Source: Octopus sinensis
Lineage: Eukaryota
Length of the DNA stretch: 64,000 nt
Assembly (NCBI RefSeq): GCF_006345805.1
Contig: NC_043004.1
Span: 37,200,001-37,264,000 of the forward strand
Direction of reading: 5' to 3'
Numbering within the stretch: position 1 is the first letter of the stretch; each line of letters starts with the position of its first letter. The position numbers and the translations under genes were made by a program. This document shows, piece after piece, positions 20,709-33,540 of this stretch. The notes under the pieces are model-generated. The model was given only the letters and a program-made list of their open reading frames with translations, searched no databases and was not told the DNA's origin.

Positions 20709-23416
20709 TTTAGTATTGGCAACATGAATGACAATGGCCAGAGACTACTTGAATTTTGCACATACCATAACCTGTGCATCACCAACACATTCTTTCCCAA
20801 CAAGACATCCCACAAGGCATCTTGGAGACATCCAAGATCTCACCACTGGCATCAGTTGGATCTCATCATTACACAAAGATCCTTTCTGAATTCTGTTCAA
20901 CTGACCCGTAGCGCGGATTGTGAGACAGATCATTCACTAATAAGAAGGGTGAGGATTCTGCCTAAAAAGTCCATCACTCCAAGAAAATTAGCCAACCACG
21001 CTTATAACACTGCCAGAACCTCGAACCCTACACTGCGACAATGTTTTGCTGTTTTTATCAAGGTTGCTCTCAGTAGCTGCCCAACCTCCTCTGCTGAAAG
21101 TAGGTGGAATTATATCAGGGAAGCTTTGTATACCACATCAATAGATACTTTCGGAATGAGAGAAAGGTAAAACCCAGATTTTGTTCAGTGCTGGGCTCTC
21201 AGAGCTGGAACCAGTTATCGAAGCAAAGCGTACAGCTCTGATGCAATACAAGAGTGGTTCTTCTACAAAGTCACACGAAGAACTCAGAAAGGCAAGAAAT
21301 AAAACCCAACTGACTGCCAGACGCTATGCAAATGGGTATTGAAAGGAAATCTGTCAGAGTATCCAGTCAGCTGCTGACAGTGGCGCACCCGTGGGATGTA
21401 TGCCGGTTTGAAGAAGGCCCTCGGTCCATCCGCAAATACCTCAGCCCTTCTGAAATCAACTACTGGAGATCTCATCAGGGACCAAAGCAAGCAAATGGAT
21501 AGATGGATGGAGTACTACCAGGATCTCTACTCAGGAGAGACCACGGTAGCTGAGGCTGCAATCGAGGGTGTCAAGATCTTGCCAGTCATGTGTGAACTTG
21601 ACAGTCTGCCATCTATAGCAGAGCTCACCAAATCTATTGACTCCCTAGCAAGTAACAAGGCTCCGGGAAAAGACGGCATCCCCTTAGAGATCATCAAAAC
21701 CGGCAAAAACACCATCCTGCTTCGGCACATTCATGAGCTTCTGTGTCAGTGCAGGTAAGAGGGTACAGTCCCTCAGAATATGCGGGATGCTAACATTATT
21801 ACGCTTTACAAAAATAAAAGTGACCGTGATGATTGTAACAATTACCGTGGAAGATCTCTTCTAAGCACAGTTGGAAAGGCCTCTGCTTGCATTATCCTGT
21901 CCAGGCTGCAACTATTGCTTCTCGAATTTATCCAGAATCGCAGTGTGGCTTTAGAAGCAGATCAACTATTGTCATGATATTCTCCATACGCCAACTTCAG
22001 AAGTCCAGAGAGCAGAACATGCCATTATATATGGCCTTCATTGATCTGACAAAGGGCTTTGACTTGGTAAGTAGAAAAGGCCTCTTCATCCTGCTCCAAA
22101 AAATCGGATGTCCACCAAAGCTGCTGAGGATCATCAAATCATTCCATGCTAATATGCAAGGCACCATACAAGCACAATGGTTCAACATCAGCCGCCTTCC
22201 AAATAAAAAATGGGGTAGAGCAAGGTTATGTCCTTGCTCCTACATTATTTGGCATCTTCTTCTCGCTGCTGCTGTCACATGCCTTTGAGACATCAGATGA
22301 TGGAGTGTTTCTGCACAGTAGAAGTGATGGGGAACTGTTCAATCTCTCGCGTCTGCGTGCCAAGACCAAAATTTCAGAAGCATCCTGATCAAGGAGATGC
22401 TATTTGCTGATGATGCCGCTCTAGTATCACACACAGAAGAAGCCCTACGAAGGCACAGCAATGTGTTTGAGCAAGCATTTGGCAACTTTGGCTTAGTTAT
22501 CAGCCTCAAGAAGACCAACATCATGGGTCAGGCTACATCGGACATCCCAAACATACATATTGGAGACCACAGAGTATAGGAGGTGGAGAAGTTTACCTAT
22601 CTTGGTTCTCTACCGTCACCTACAACCTATCCCTTGATGCTGAGCTCAATATACGCATTGGCAAGGCAGCTGCTGTGATGGCCCAACTCACCAAACGCGC
22701 ATGGGACACAATAAGCTGACCAAGACCACAAAAATGAAGATTTACCAGGCATGTGTACTTAGCACTCTACTGTATGACTCTGACGCCATACACACGCCAT
22801 ACGACGCCATACGTCGCCTAAATATCTTTCACCTGCGCTGTCTCCGGAAAATCCATCGCATCAAATGGCAGAATCATGTCCCTAACAAAGATGTCCTCAA
22901 GCAAGCAGGAATACCAAGCATGTTTGCACTCTTCACACAAAGACGTATGAGATGGCTTGGACATGTTAGCCGTATGGAAGATGGCAGAATCCCCAAGGCA
23001 TACTCAACGGAGAGCTTGCTAGGGGCACTAGGTCTGTGGGAAGACCGTTCTTACGATACAAGGATGTTTGCAAAAGGGACATGAATGCCTGCAACATCAA
23101 TATTACCAACTGGGAAGCAGTTGCCAGCAACCGTGGAGATTGGCGACGTACCGTGAAAGAGGGAACACAAAGGAGTGACATAGTGAGAAAGGAGAAATGG
23201 AAAGACAAGAAAAGACGTCAACAAGAAACTATGACATTACAACCAGTCAGGCAAAGTCTTCGCTACATTTACGGCACCTGCCAGAGGGAGTGTTTGTCCC
23301 GGCTAGGACTACACAGCCACAGCAAGAGATGTATTAGGACATGAAATGTAAAAGCCGGACAAGATTATTTTATACGCAACTCCATTGTCTCCGAGACAAA
23401 AAGGATGCCAACACAC
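20709..23416 (+). mobile_element. RTE-clade LINE, 5'-truncated and decayed
   Basis: NDNGQRLLEFC, WRHPRSHHWHQLD, KAPGKDGIP, PESQCGFR, AFIDLTKGFD, LFADD and MRWLGHV. The 3' end reads CCATTGTCTCCGAGACAAAAAGGATGCC. A ~77 bp flanking duplication is present. Confidence 0.92.
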
Positions 23417-23708
23417 TATATATGGATTTCGTAGACAGGAACTGTAACAAATAAATCGTATATATATGTATGTATATATGTAAGTGTATGTGTGTGTCTT
23501 TGTCTCTGTGTTTCGCCCTCATCACTGCTTCACAACTGCTGTTCACTTATTTACATCCACATAACTTACTGGTTTCACAAGAACAAACTAATAGAGTAAG
23601 TACTAGGCTTATCAACATAAAAAAGCACTAGGCTGTGTATCATATTTTTGTTTGCTCACTCAGTTGTATCTATCAATTTATCTTTGTATGTGTGCATGTG
23701 TGTGTGTA

Positions 23709-23773
<65 letters not shown>

Positions 23774-23779
23774 TATATA

Positions 23780-25319
23780 TAACACCCTAATGGGAGCCTT
23801 AAATCCCAAATTTTAGTAATTTCTTTTATGATCCAAAACTTGGTCAAAAGTACTGAATGGATCTTTATGAAATTTGGAAATTATATTCTATGCATAAGGC
23901 CATAACACCCATGACAATTCATATATTTTTGCTGTTGATGAAATTTTAACCATAGACATTAGACACAAATGAAGTAATATCTATAAAATTTCATCTTACA
24001 AAGTTAGAAAGACCCCTCCATGGGGACTTAACAACTACAATTTTGTCATTTTATCTAAGCAAAAATGAATACAGTTGTGCTCTTGGAAGCTGTAGGGTTA
24101 CCCGAGCATAAAAGATGAGCATTATTTGTAATTCAATGGTACAACAGTGTAACAGTTTGCTTTGACATACACACTGCATAAATTGTCAAGTAGATGAGAG
24201 GCATCTTTGCCTCCACTGATTCAGTTGCAAAGTGTAGAGTAAAATTTATTTGATTGCAGACCTCCTTTCAGTCTTTTTATTATCACTCGGTCACACATAG
24301 TCCCCAGATGGTAACATTGATTTCAAGGCCTTCCCAGATGAGTAACTGGTTATTCGAAGACATTTATAGATTTTAAATTTATTCTGTCCAGTTACGTATC
24401 AGTATAGTGGTCATTTGCAAACTACAGAAGTGACACTTTCATTTCTCCTTAGCTCTCACGTCAAACAGTTGTTAATGTTGATTTCAGTTGGGTCACGCCC
24501 TTCCAATTGCTATAGATTTGTAATGCATCTTACGGCTGTGCCTGTCACCTGGATGGTGAGGAATCCTACATGTAGGATTCCTCACCATCCAGGTGACAGG
24601 CACAGCCGTAAGATGCATTACAAATCTATAGCAATTGGAAGGGCGTGACCCAACTGAAATCAACATTAACAACTGTTTGACGTGAGAGCTAAGGAGAAAT
24701 GAAATTTCAAGGCCTTCCCAGATGAGTGACTGGTTATTCGAAGACATTTATAGATTTTAAATTTATTCTGTCCAGTTACGTATCAGTATAGTTGCTGGCA
24801 ACTGCTTCCCTAGTAACGACTAGGGTAGGGTAACTGACTGCTTATTGTGATCATTCGTCTTTTGGTTTCCTGTAGCTTTGCTCTCTTTTACAAACCCAGT
24901 GAACATATATTTCCTATTTCAAAGAAATTCAAACAATAGATATAAAACCCAAGTTAAAAAGATTTTCAACAATTCAACTTCTCTGGTTGACATTAAGATG
25001 CCCACCCCCAACAGGGGCCTTAACTCTCACATTTTAGAGCTCCATGACCTTCATTTTTCAGGAACAAAATCTTTTTAACAAGTTAAATAAGACTGGAATA
25101 TGCGCATAAAAATTTTGGAATATGCGCATAAAAATCAGGATTATGGGATACATGTGGCACGATTACAATTTTTTAGGGTGTGTAAAGATTGAAATAACCC
25201 TCATCTGCAATTTTGATGAAATTCGAAACATAGATATTCCAGTTCATCACAGAAGATATAACAGAAAAGTCTAATTCTCCAATTGAATGTAATCGGGTAA
25301 CGCCGGGTATCTCTGCTAG
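23780..25319 (+). mobile_element. Probable non-autonomous Helitron (5' boundary uncertain)
   Basis: The 3' end CGGGTAACGCCGGGTATCTCTGCTAG|T has a hairpin plus CTAG like the other copies. The element starts after a (TA)n tract. Confidence 0.5.
24437..24704. repeat. 268 bp perfect spacerless palindrome flanked by 89 bp direct repeats (24320-24408 and 24704-24792)
   Basis: Centre CCTACA|TGTAGG at 24570/24571. Identical peptides are predicted on both strands. Confidence 0.97.
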
Positions 25320-25384
25320 TTATATATAAATATAAAAAAGTAAAAGATATGCAATAAATATAAATATGTATATAAAAGTAAAAA

Positions 25385-25439
<55 letters not shown>

Positions 25440-25549
25440 TTTCTTTTCTTCTTTATTCTTTTACTTGTTTCGACCCGAACACTTCTTTAAAGTAATTCTA
25501 TATATTTCGCAAGAAAGAACAATAATATTATGTATATACTTGCCACCAT

Positions 25550-25712
25550 CGGGGGGACAAACACAAACACACACACAGTTTCCGTCTACCAAATTCACTC
25601 ACAAGGCTTTGGTTGGCCTGAGGCTCTAGTAGAAGACCAAGGCGTCGCGTAATGGGGCTGAACCCAGAACCATGTAGTTGGTAAGCAGGCTACTTACCAC
25701 ACAGCCACTCAT
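25550..25712 (-). mobile_element. SINE family 2 head (tRNA-like); a second partial copy at 25872-26008
   Basis: GAGTGGCTGTGTGGTAAG (A box-like) and GGTTCAGCCCC (B box-like). Confidence 0.8.
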
Positions 25713-26032
25713 GCATATGTATGTGTGTGTGTGTGAGTGTGTGGGTGTGTGTGTGTGTGTGTGTGTTTGTGTGTGTCTGTGTGTAGTTTGACAAGTGTCA
25801 ATGAACGAAACTCTCACCCCCCCCGAGTCACTCTGTTGCTTCTGCTAAATATTGATAAACACATATATGACAAGCTTTTTCAGATTCCGTCAACCAAATC
25901 TACTCACAAGGGTTTAGTCGACCCAGGGCTATAGTAGAAACACCCGCTCAAAGTGCCACGCAGCTGGACTGAACCCGGAACAGCTTACAACACAGTCACG
26001 CCTGCTTCTATTCACATATATACATGATATAT

Positions 26033-26256
26033 ATTTCTTTTGCTACCCACAAGGGGCTAAACATAGAGGGGACAAACAAGGACAGACAAACGGATTAAGT
26101 CGATTACATCGACCCAGTCGAAACTGGTACTTTATTTATCGACCCCGAGAGGATGAAAGGCAAAGTCGACCTCGGCGGAATTTGAACTCAGAACGTAGAC
26201 GAAATACTGCTAAGCATTTCGCCCGGCGTGCTAACGCTTCTGCCAGCTCGCCGCCT
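26033..26256 (-). mobile_element. tRNA-derived SINE family 1 with a Tx1-like 3' tail
   Basis: A box-like TGGCAGAAGCGTTAG and B box GTTCAAATTCC. The central GCCTTTCATCCTCTCGGGGTCGATAAAT is reminiscent of the MetaSINE domain. The tail is TGTCCCCTCTATGTTTAGCCCCTTGTGGGTA. Confidence 0.88.
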
Positions 26257-26400
26257 CTTGCATATAAATCTATGTGCGTATATAGACACAGTTATACATA
26301 CACATACCTAGTCATGGATGGCTACACACACTAACACACACGTACACATACACACGTAAGTAGTCACACAAGTGTACACACAACCAAACACATACGCACG

Positions 26401-26431
<31 letters not shown>

Positions 26432-26820
26432 ACTCGCACGCACGCACATAATCTCCTTTCCTCGCACCCTTATTCTTCTAAGCAAACACACATCTACACA
26501 CACATAGAAAGGCATGCATGCACGCAGACATAAGATTAATTCGCGGCCAAATTTCAGGGCAGACGTTGAAGAGAAAGGACAAGCTATTGAAAAGGTCGCG
26601 AAAAATAGCGACGAACGGACTTTCACGAAGAAATAAAACTTTGATTGTTTAACCAAACAAACGATCGATTACGAAGTTGGTCAGATGTGTAACCATATCG
26701 TTATTGGCATAATGACCCTCCCAAGAATCAACAAGATGTATGTGTGTATACGTGTGTGAGTGTGTGTGCGTATGTGTATATATGTATGTGTGTGTGTGTA
26801 TATGTATGTGTGTGTGTGTG

Positions 26821-26952
26821 GCAAAAACACACCGATAGAATAAGTACTAGGCTTACAAAGAATAATCCCTAGAGTCGATTTGCTCGACTAAAGGCAGTGC
26901 TCCAGCATGGCCAAAGTCAAATGACTGTAACAAATAAAAGAATAAAAGAGTA
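26821..26952 (+). mobile_element. SINE family 2, 3' portion
   Basis: CCGATAGAATAAGTACT...GCATGGCCAAAGTCAAATGACTG tail. Confidence 0.8.
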
Positions 26953-27008
<56 letters not shown>

Positions 27009-27405
27009 CTAGCAGTGTCGCCCGGCGTTGCTCGGGTTTGTAAGGGAAATAACTATATAAGCATTTTTAGAGATGTAAAGTATAATAGCCATCTCAATAT
27101 GGCTAACCACAAAGGGGGAGTGTTACTGTAGCTTTTTACATTCTGAGATTTAATAATACATTTTTAGAGAGTTACTTCCCTTATATAAACCGAGCGAAAA
27201 TGCATTAAAAATGCGGAAAAAATTATGGTAATTTTTTTTTAAATCGTAAACTCATCGTAGACGTGCGCTAATACCCAGAAGGGCTCGATATGAATCACGA
27301 CTATAAGATACCCGCTTTTGGTTACACTGCACCGCAAAATGAGGGAGTAGTTAGGAATCTAAATCGTAGGAGACAGACACACAACTTCACTTTTATATAT
27401 AAAGA
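27009..27405 (-). mobile_element. Non-autonomous Helitron
   Basis: On the minus strand A|TC...CTAG|T with a subterminal hairpin CCCGAGCAACGCCGGG and no TSD. Paralog of 31174-31572. Confidence 0.8.
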
Positions 27406-27443
27406 TATATATATATATATACACACATACACATATATATACA

Positions 27444-27490
<47 letters not shown>

Positions 27491-27606
27491 CAGTGTATAT
27501 ATATATTATATATATATATATAAAATTTGAGGGAATATTATACATAACTTACAGGAAAAATTCATTTAGAAATACTAATTCAAATTTCACGAAATATAAT
27601 ATATAT

Positions 27607-27661
<55 letters not shown>

Positions 27662-27668
<7 letters not shown>

Positions 27669-27846
27669 GAAAAAACCACCTTTTATCAATTCAAAATGAA
27701 CAATTAAATTACACCATCTAGAAAATTACATATAATAGAAATATTAAATATAAAATAATAATATACCGATGATTAAGTAATGTGCAAAATAATAAATAAA
27801 TCGTATATATCTTGAATTGATAAAAGGTGTTTTTTTTTCTAATTTA
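27662..27846. mobile_element. MITE-like element with ~33 bp terminal inverted repeats inside (TA)n
   Basis: AAATTAGAAAAAACCACCTTTTATCAATTCAA ... TTGAATTGATAAAAGGTGTTTTTTTTTCTAATTT. Confidence 0.65.
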
Positions 27847-28371
27847 TATATATATATATACAGTCTTTTCTGTTGCTTGACCATTAAATACCTGCTATAT
27901 ATCTCTCTCTTGCTGCCTTCGAAACACACTGCCACACATACATAGACGCACACACACATACATGAAAACAATTTCTCACACTCAAACACTCTAGCACTCA
28001 TTCTTAAAATAATTCAAATATAAACACCAGTCATACAGAATACATTCACACTCTTTGATTTTCCTGTACCCCCCTTCTCCTAACCGGATTCTGACCTTGA
28101 ACTATCTTAACGGACATTCTCGTCTGCTTTCACCCAGCCTGGCGTCAACGCATATAGATAGACAGTTTGTGCCATTTATTCCATGGGCTCCTCGTGAGCG
28201 TTTGTGAAAAGCTTGCTGTGCATTTTGTTGGAGAATTAAGTTCCTGGATTTTCCTGAAGAGAAGGCTGCAAAATGGACTCCTTATTCAATCCGAATTAGG
28301 GACTTTGCAGCCTTTGAAACATATGTAGAAAATAATAAAAAGGAATTTTGTTAAATCTTCGTTTCTTCCTA

Positions 28372-28429
<58 letters not shown>

Positions 28430-28489
28430 CACACATGTGAGTGAGAACACTGAGATATTTTTGGTATCTAACATATGTCAGATACTGCG

Positions 28490-28789
28490 AGCGCTGCTTC
28501 TGATTGGTCAATCCATGGTGATGACCCGAGGTCACGGTGACAGCGCTGCTTCTGATTGGTCAATCCATGGTGATGACCGACGTCACGGTGACGGCACTAC
28601 TTTTGTCATTCATAAGTTACAACTAAACGTGAAGAATTTAGTTATTGGGTTAATAAAATATGGTCGTTTATTCGTGTGTAATAAATAAAATACCAAACTC
28701 ATTCCCTATGGATACCGTATTTATTACAACTCGTTTACAAGCCACTCGTTGTAATAAATACAGTATCCATAGGGAACTCGTTTGGTATT
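28490..28789. repeat. Non-autonomous DNA element remnant: 52 bp tandem duplication plus a ~42 bp-arm hairpin (28689-28789)
   Basis: AGCGCTGCTTCTGATTGGTCAATCCATGGTGATGACC occurs twice. AATACCAAAC...TTACAAC pairs with GTTGTAA...GTTTGGTATT. Confidence 0.6.
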
Positions 28790-29040
28790 CTCTATAAATA
28801 TTCAGTCAAACTAATGCACCTGCTTGTTATTCCTGCACCTGTCTTCGTCTTTTGTTGTTTTCTGTAAATATATCCTTTTATATATGTGTGCTGCAAGATT
28901 CTTGATGTGAAACCGTGCGTTGAAACAGATATTGTTGTATTTCGAGTTATTTTTTCCCTCTTTTTGCCAAATAAACAGGCGCACTATATAATTCCCTTTT
29001 CACTCATTTATTACTGTTCTTATTCTAATTTATGTTTATC

Positions 29041-29085
29041 GTCCGAAAATCTTTCGTCACACCTCTGTGAACTCTTCAGTGACAC
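29041..29085 (-). ncRNA. Minimal type I hammerhead ribozyme-like motif (Penelope pLTR-associated)
   Basis: GUCA-CUGAAGA-GUUCACA-GAGG-UGUGAC-GAAA-GAUU-UUC-GGAC has the conserved core, stem II, an NUH triplet and a short stem I. Confidence 0.5.
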
Positions 29086-29309
29086 TTTCTGTCTTCGTGT
29101 GTACTCTTGCTCCGCTTTTATACATATACACACATACGCGAGTAAATATACGGGTAAAACCCTTGTGGTATGCTATATAAAGCTCGTATAAAGTCTTACT
29201 CAAAGAAGGTGCATTTCACACCTTGAATTGGTGATAATGATTACACAACATCTCACCAATGAACAAGTGTAAAAATGTGTCGAAACAATTGTAATGTTTA
29301 TAGATAATG

Positions 29310-29387
<78 letters not shown>

Positions 29388-30019
29388 TGTATATACTTAC
29401 ATATATATATGTATATACATATGCATATATGGGTTCAGGACGTCACAGAAGGTAAACAACAGGAAATACGAAATACGAAAACATGGAATACGAACTTTTT
29501 TGCGAACAGCGAAAGAAACAATAGTATCGATAATGCCCGAAATTGCGTTTGACTCTTCTTGCTGATAACTGATGAAGAATTTGTGACCTTGTGTGTTTTC
29601 TGTTCGCCTGTACATTTAGTATGTGTTCGTTTGTTTATTTACAATACGTTTATTTTTAATTATATATATATACATATGTCATATTTTCCGTTTGTTGTCT
29701 TTTTATTTAATCCTGAAGATATTATTTATGTAACGCATGCACTCATTAATCTTTTACCTATATATATATATGTGTGTGCGTGTGTATGTGTGCGTGTGTG
29801 TGTGTGTGAGTGTGTGTGTGTGTGTGTAGTTCAAATTTACAGAAAACAAAAGACGAAGACAGGTGAAAGAACAACAAGCAGAGTTTGAAGGTTTTTTAGT
29901 TATAGAAATCGACCCCAGGACTTACTCTTTGGAACCCTAGCACTTATTCTATCGGTTTCTTTTTCCAAAACGCTAAGCTACGGGGACGTGTATATATATA
30001 CATATATATATATATATTA

Positions 30020-30060
<41 letters not shown>

Positions 30061-30062
<2 letters not shown>

Positions 30063-30290
30063 CGTAGGAGTGACTGTGTGACAAGAAGTTTGCTGCCTGG
30101 TCACTAGGTCAAATAGATTTGGACGATGGAAACTGAAAAAAGCCCGTCGTATATACGTGTTTGTGGGCCGGAGGGGGCTAGCTTCGTGCTTGTCCCAGAC
30201 AACCGCTTGTTGACTTCCTTTCCATCCCCGCAACTTAGAAGTTCGACGAAATTAACCGATAGAATATGTCGAATGACTGAGACAAGTAAA
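30061..30290 (+). mobile_element. SINE family 2, internally deleted; further scraps at 29905-29990, 30450-30510, 34063-34140 and 46305-46350
   Basis: GGCGTAGGAGTGACTGTGTG head, GGAAACTGAAAAAAGCCCGTCG and the TGACTGAGACAAGTAAA tail. Confidence 0.7.
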
Positions 30291-30519
30291 TGTTTTTTTT
30301 AGATATATCGTAGTAATATCTAATGTAGTTGTGGTTTACGACCAGTCAGGACGTTACCATTGGTTTCACACTTTTTATACTCTTAGCACGTCTCTTATAC
30401 GTCTCCCACGGCTAAGAACGTAAAAGGCGCGAAAGCAAAGGTGACTCCCTGACCGGCCATACCAGCCACATAGTTTCGGGTTCATTCACATTGCGTGGCA
30501 CCTTACAACCTAGGGTTGG

Positions 30520-30670
30520 ATTCAAAATTCTACCAGGACACCTGATGAAGGCTGGAGAGTAAATCAGCCGAAATTTTGTGGTAGCAACAAACAAGATGTG
30601 GACAAATATCCGTCCAATGTAAAAAAATGTAAATATTGTACAGAATTCCTCATCTCTAAAATATAGAACA
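30520..30670 (+). mobile_element. Penelope-like pLTR remnant with a degenerate hammerhead core
   Basis: CTGATGA-A-GGCTG-loop-CAGCC-GAAA at 30542-30573. Confidence 0.5.
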
Positions 30671-31173
30671 ATTTATGATTGTTTCAAAAATTCCATGTTG
30701 ACTTAATCTTGCATCGTGTTTTTAAACGACTCCACAATTAATGATGTAGTCATATCCGTTGTACAGATACCACGTTCATAGAAATGATCCCTCGCAACTC
30801 TCTACAAAAAATAATATGCTGAAGTGTTTGTCTATCGCTTAAATATAGGACATTAATCAATGTTTATAGTGGATGGCACAGCGGTCACGTTATAAACATG
30901 ATTGAAGATAAGTCAAAATGAATTTGTAGAAATAATTGTAAACTATGAAACAAAAATAATAACGCAAACTCCACTTTTCAGTGCTTATTACTTCTGTAAC
31001 CCCTCAGAGGAAACATGACTCCTCCTTCACTCCTCTCCACCCTTCATTTATGGTTTGAGAATAATTCTATAATTGTTGTAAACTGGAATGGAACTTACTC
31101 TCTTTCTGCTCACATCCATTCACCATTTAATGCTACTTGCTTTGCATCTTTTAGAGAGATAGATTAGATATAA

Positions 31174-31572
31174 CTAGCAGTATCGCCCGGCGTTGCTCGG
31201 GTTTGTAAGGGAAATAACTATATAAGCATTTTTAGAGAGTTATAGCCAAAAAATAGCAAAAAAAAAATGCATTAAAAATGGAAAAAAATTATGGTAAATT
31301 TTTTTTAAATCGTTGACTCATCGTAGACATTTTTAGAGAGTTACTTCCCTTATATAATATCGAAAAAATGCATTAAAATGAAAAAAATGATGGTAAATTC
31401 TTTTTTTAAATCGTAGACTCATCGTAGACGCGCGCTAATACCCAGAAGGGCTCGATATGAATCACGACTATAAGATACCCGGTTTTGGTTACACTGCACC
31501 GCAAAATGTGGGAGTAGTTAGGAATCTAAATCGTAGGAGACAGACACACAACCTCTCTTTTATATATAAAGA
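31174..31572 (-). mobile_element. Non-autonomous Helitron with an internal duplication
   Basis: A|TC...CTAG|T termini and a hairpin. Paralog of 27009-27405. Confidence 0.8.
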
Positions 31573-31599
31573 TAAACTCAAAGAGCAACTAGAAAGTGA

Positions 31600-32030
31600 A
31601 AGTAGTTTCTAACTTAGGATGTCTCATAGATAGTGGTGGCAATGGTGTTGGAGGTGGTAGATGTGGTTATCATGGCAGTGGTGGTGTAGTGGTGACAGTG
31701 GATGTGTATGATGGCAGAAATTATAGTGTTGGTGTTTTTGTAGAGGTGGTGGTGGTGGTGGCGGCAGTGGATGATGATGATAATGATGATGATAGTAGTA
31801 GTAGCATTGATTATGTTAGGATGTCTCATGGATGGTAGAGTTGAAGACATTGCAGAGTGTAGTGGTGGTGAAATTGGTGATTTTGAATATGATGCTGGTA
31901 TTGATCTTGGGGTTGTGGTTGCAGAAGATGGTTGTGGTGGTGGCATTCGAGGTTGTAGTAATGGTTGTAGTGGTGGTTGTGAAGATGATTCTGATATTGA
32001 TAGTATTTGCATTGAGGTGGTGGCAGAGTC
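31600..32030. repeat. Degenerate trinucleotide low-complexity tract (GGT/GAT/GTA)
   Basis: Cryptic triplet periodicity. The ORFs give poly-V/D/H/T peptides. Confidence 0.8.
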
Positions 32031-32914
32031 AGAGTAAATAATAAGAGCCGAGTTAACACAAGATTCTTAAATTTCGGAGATCATAAGATAGAGAGCAAGA
32101 AGTTAAAAGTTCCAATACTGGCCCAATACCTACACCCCAGATTCTTCAACTATTTTATAAGAAAGGGTTAATGGCAGGATAGGATTCAGCTTTAAAATAA
32201 ATTGTATAACAAAAAATACATAAATAAATTACTGCTCCAACGATGTAATTTTAGTATGTGTGTATGTATGTATGTGTGTGTGTGTAAGCAAAGCAAACAA
32301 TGGAAAATAATTTAAACACTCATTTTCTGATGTCTAAGGATGGATATTTATGCGTATGAATCTTTTTCTTTTTATTTTCTTTGAAATATAATTCTAGGGA
32401 ACTGAAAAAGCTGTGTACGATGCCAAGCGAATTTAGCTATTTACGATGAGCGGATGTTTACGTTACAAACGAATCTGTAGGTCTGTTTACATGTTTACGT
32501 TAACTACGTCACAAAATAGCTGTTTACGTCACAGTAACAATATTTTGAGAGGCAGTAAATAATATGAGGTCGAAAGAAAGAATATCATTGGTTAAAATTC
32601 GAATTATTAAACAACGTTAAACTTAGAAATTACAATTCCGTTTTCATTTTGGTTTACAACTATGTTTTCTTTTGACACATTCTACCAGTATACGAAGTTT
32701 CAAATTGTTTAGTTAACTAGGAAAATCTGGCCTTCAAACTGAAAAGATCCGCTTATTCTCTCATATACATCTTGCAACATCATTATTGTACAATATTCCA
32801 TCAACACGGTCCATATGACGCCAGTATGAAGTTTAAAAGTCACCCAAGTTTGGGCTCCTACAAAAACCGAGCTCACATCACATAACAACATTACAACAAA
32901 TTTTTTTTTACTTT

Positions 32915-33135
32915 TTACTTCAACTGGTCGTGCGTTATCAACATTTCCTCGCGCCATTCGAAAAGAAATATAAGAAGACATCATGGCATTCGACAAATTC
33001 CTCCAAGAAATACCAAACAACCGACACTCGGATACATTTCGATAAGCAACAAATTTCTACTCAAGAGAGCTATGCTTAAAAGGTTGTTCCATAGAGTTAA
33101 ACATGGCCTGAGCCAATAATGATCAAAACTCAAGT
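32915..33135 (+). mobile_element. Old 3' fragment of the same CR1-group LINE family as 2195-3208
   Basis: FDKFLQEIP versus LDRFLQEIP, and GTTAAACATGGCCTGAGCCAATAATG versus GTTAGACATGGCCTGGGCCAATAATG. Confidence 0.65.
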
Positions 33136-33540
33136 TGTTAACTATTCTTGCATCGAAATCATATTTGCAAAAATTATCACAAATACGACCGCGCTCTGTG
33201 CATTTGCTTTTAACTATTCATCGTTCTTTGACAAAGGAGAAAATAGATGCCACTAAAATCGAATTTTATGTGTTACTTTACTTGTGCCAACACAAAACAG
33301 TTCCGACTGTGAAAGAACATAAATAGCTTTCATGACTAGTTTATACATTATGCTGCATTTGTTTTATAAAATGAAATTTATGTCGAAATATAATGAAATT
33401 TACTTTATTTTAGACAGCTATTACAAATAAGTGTAATAGCATTACTTATAAATAAGCTACACAACCATTTTATTGTTGTTGTTGTTGTTGTTGTTGTAGT
33501 TGTTGTTGTTGTTGCTGTTGGTGGTGGTGTTGGTGTTGTT

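Noticed and set aside
24415-24747. Two opposing ORFs with identical peptides
   Set aside because: This is a consequence of the DNA palindrome, with no coding evidence.
26160-26256. tRNA gene
   Set aside because: The A and B boxes belong to a SINE head that continues into a core and a LINE-like tail, and no complete cloverleaf is evident.
31596-32059. His/Pro/Thr-rich or Gly/Asp-rich ORFs
   Set aside because: Degenerate trinucleotide repeat, open in several frames.
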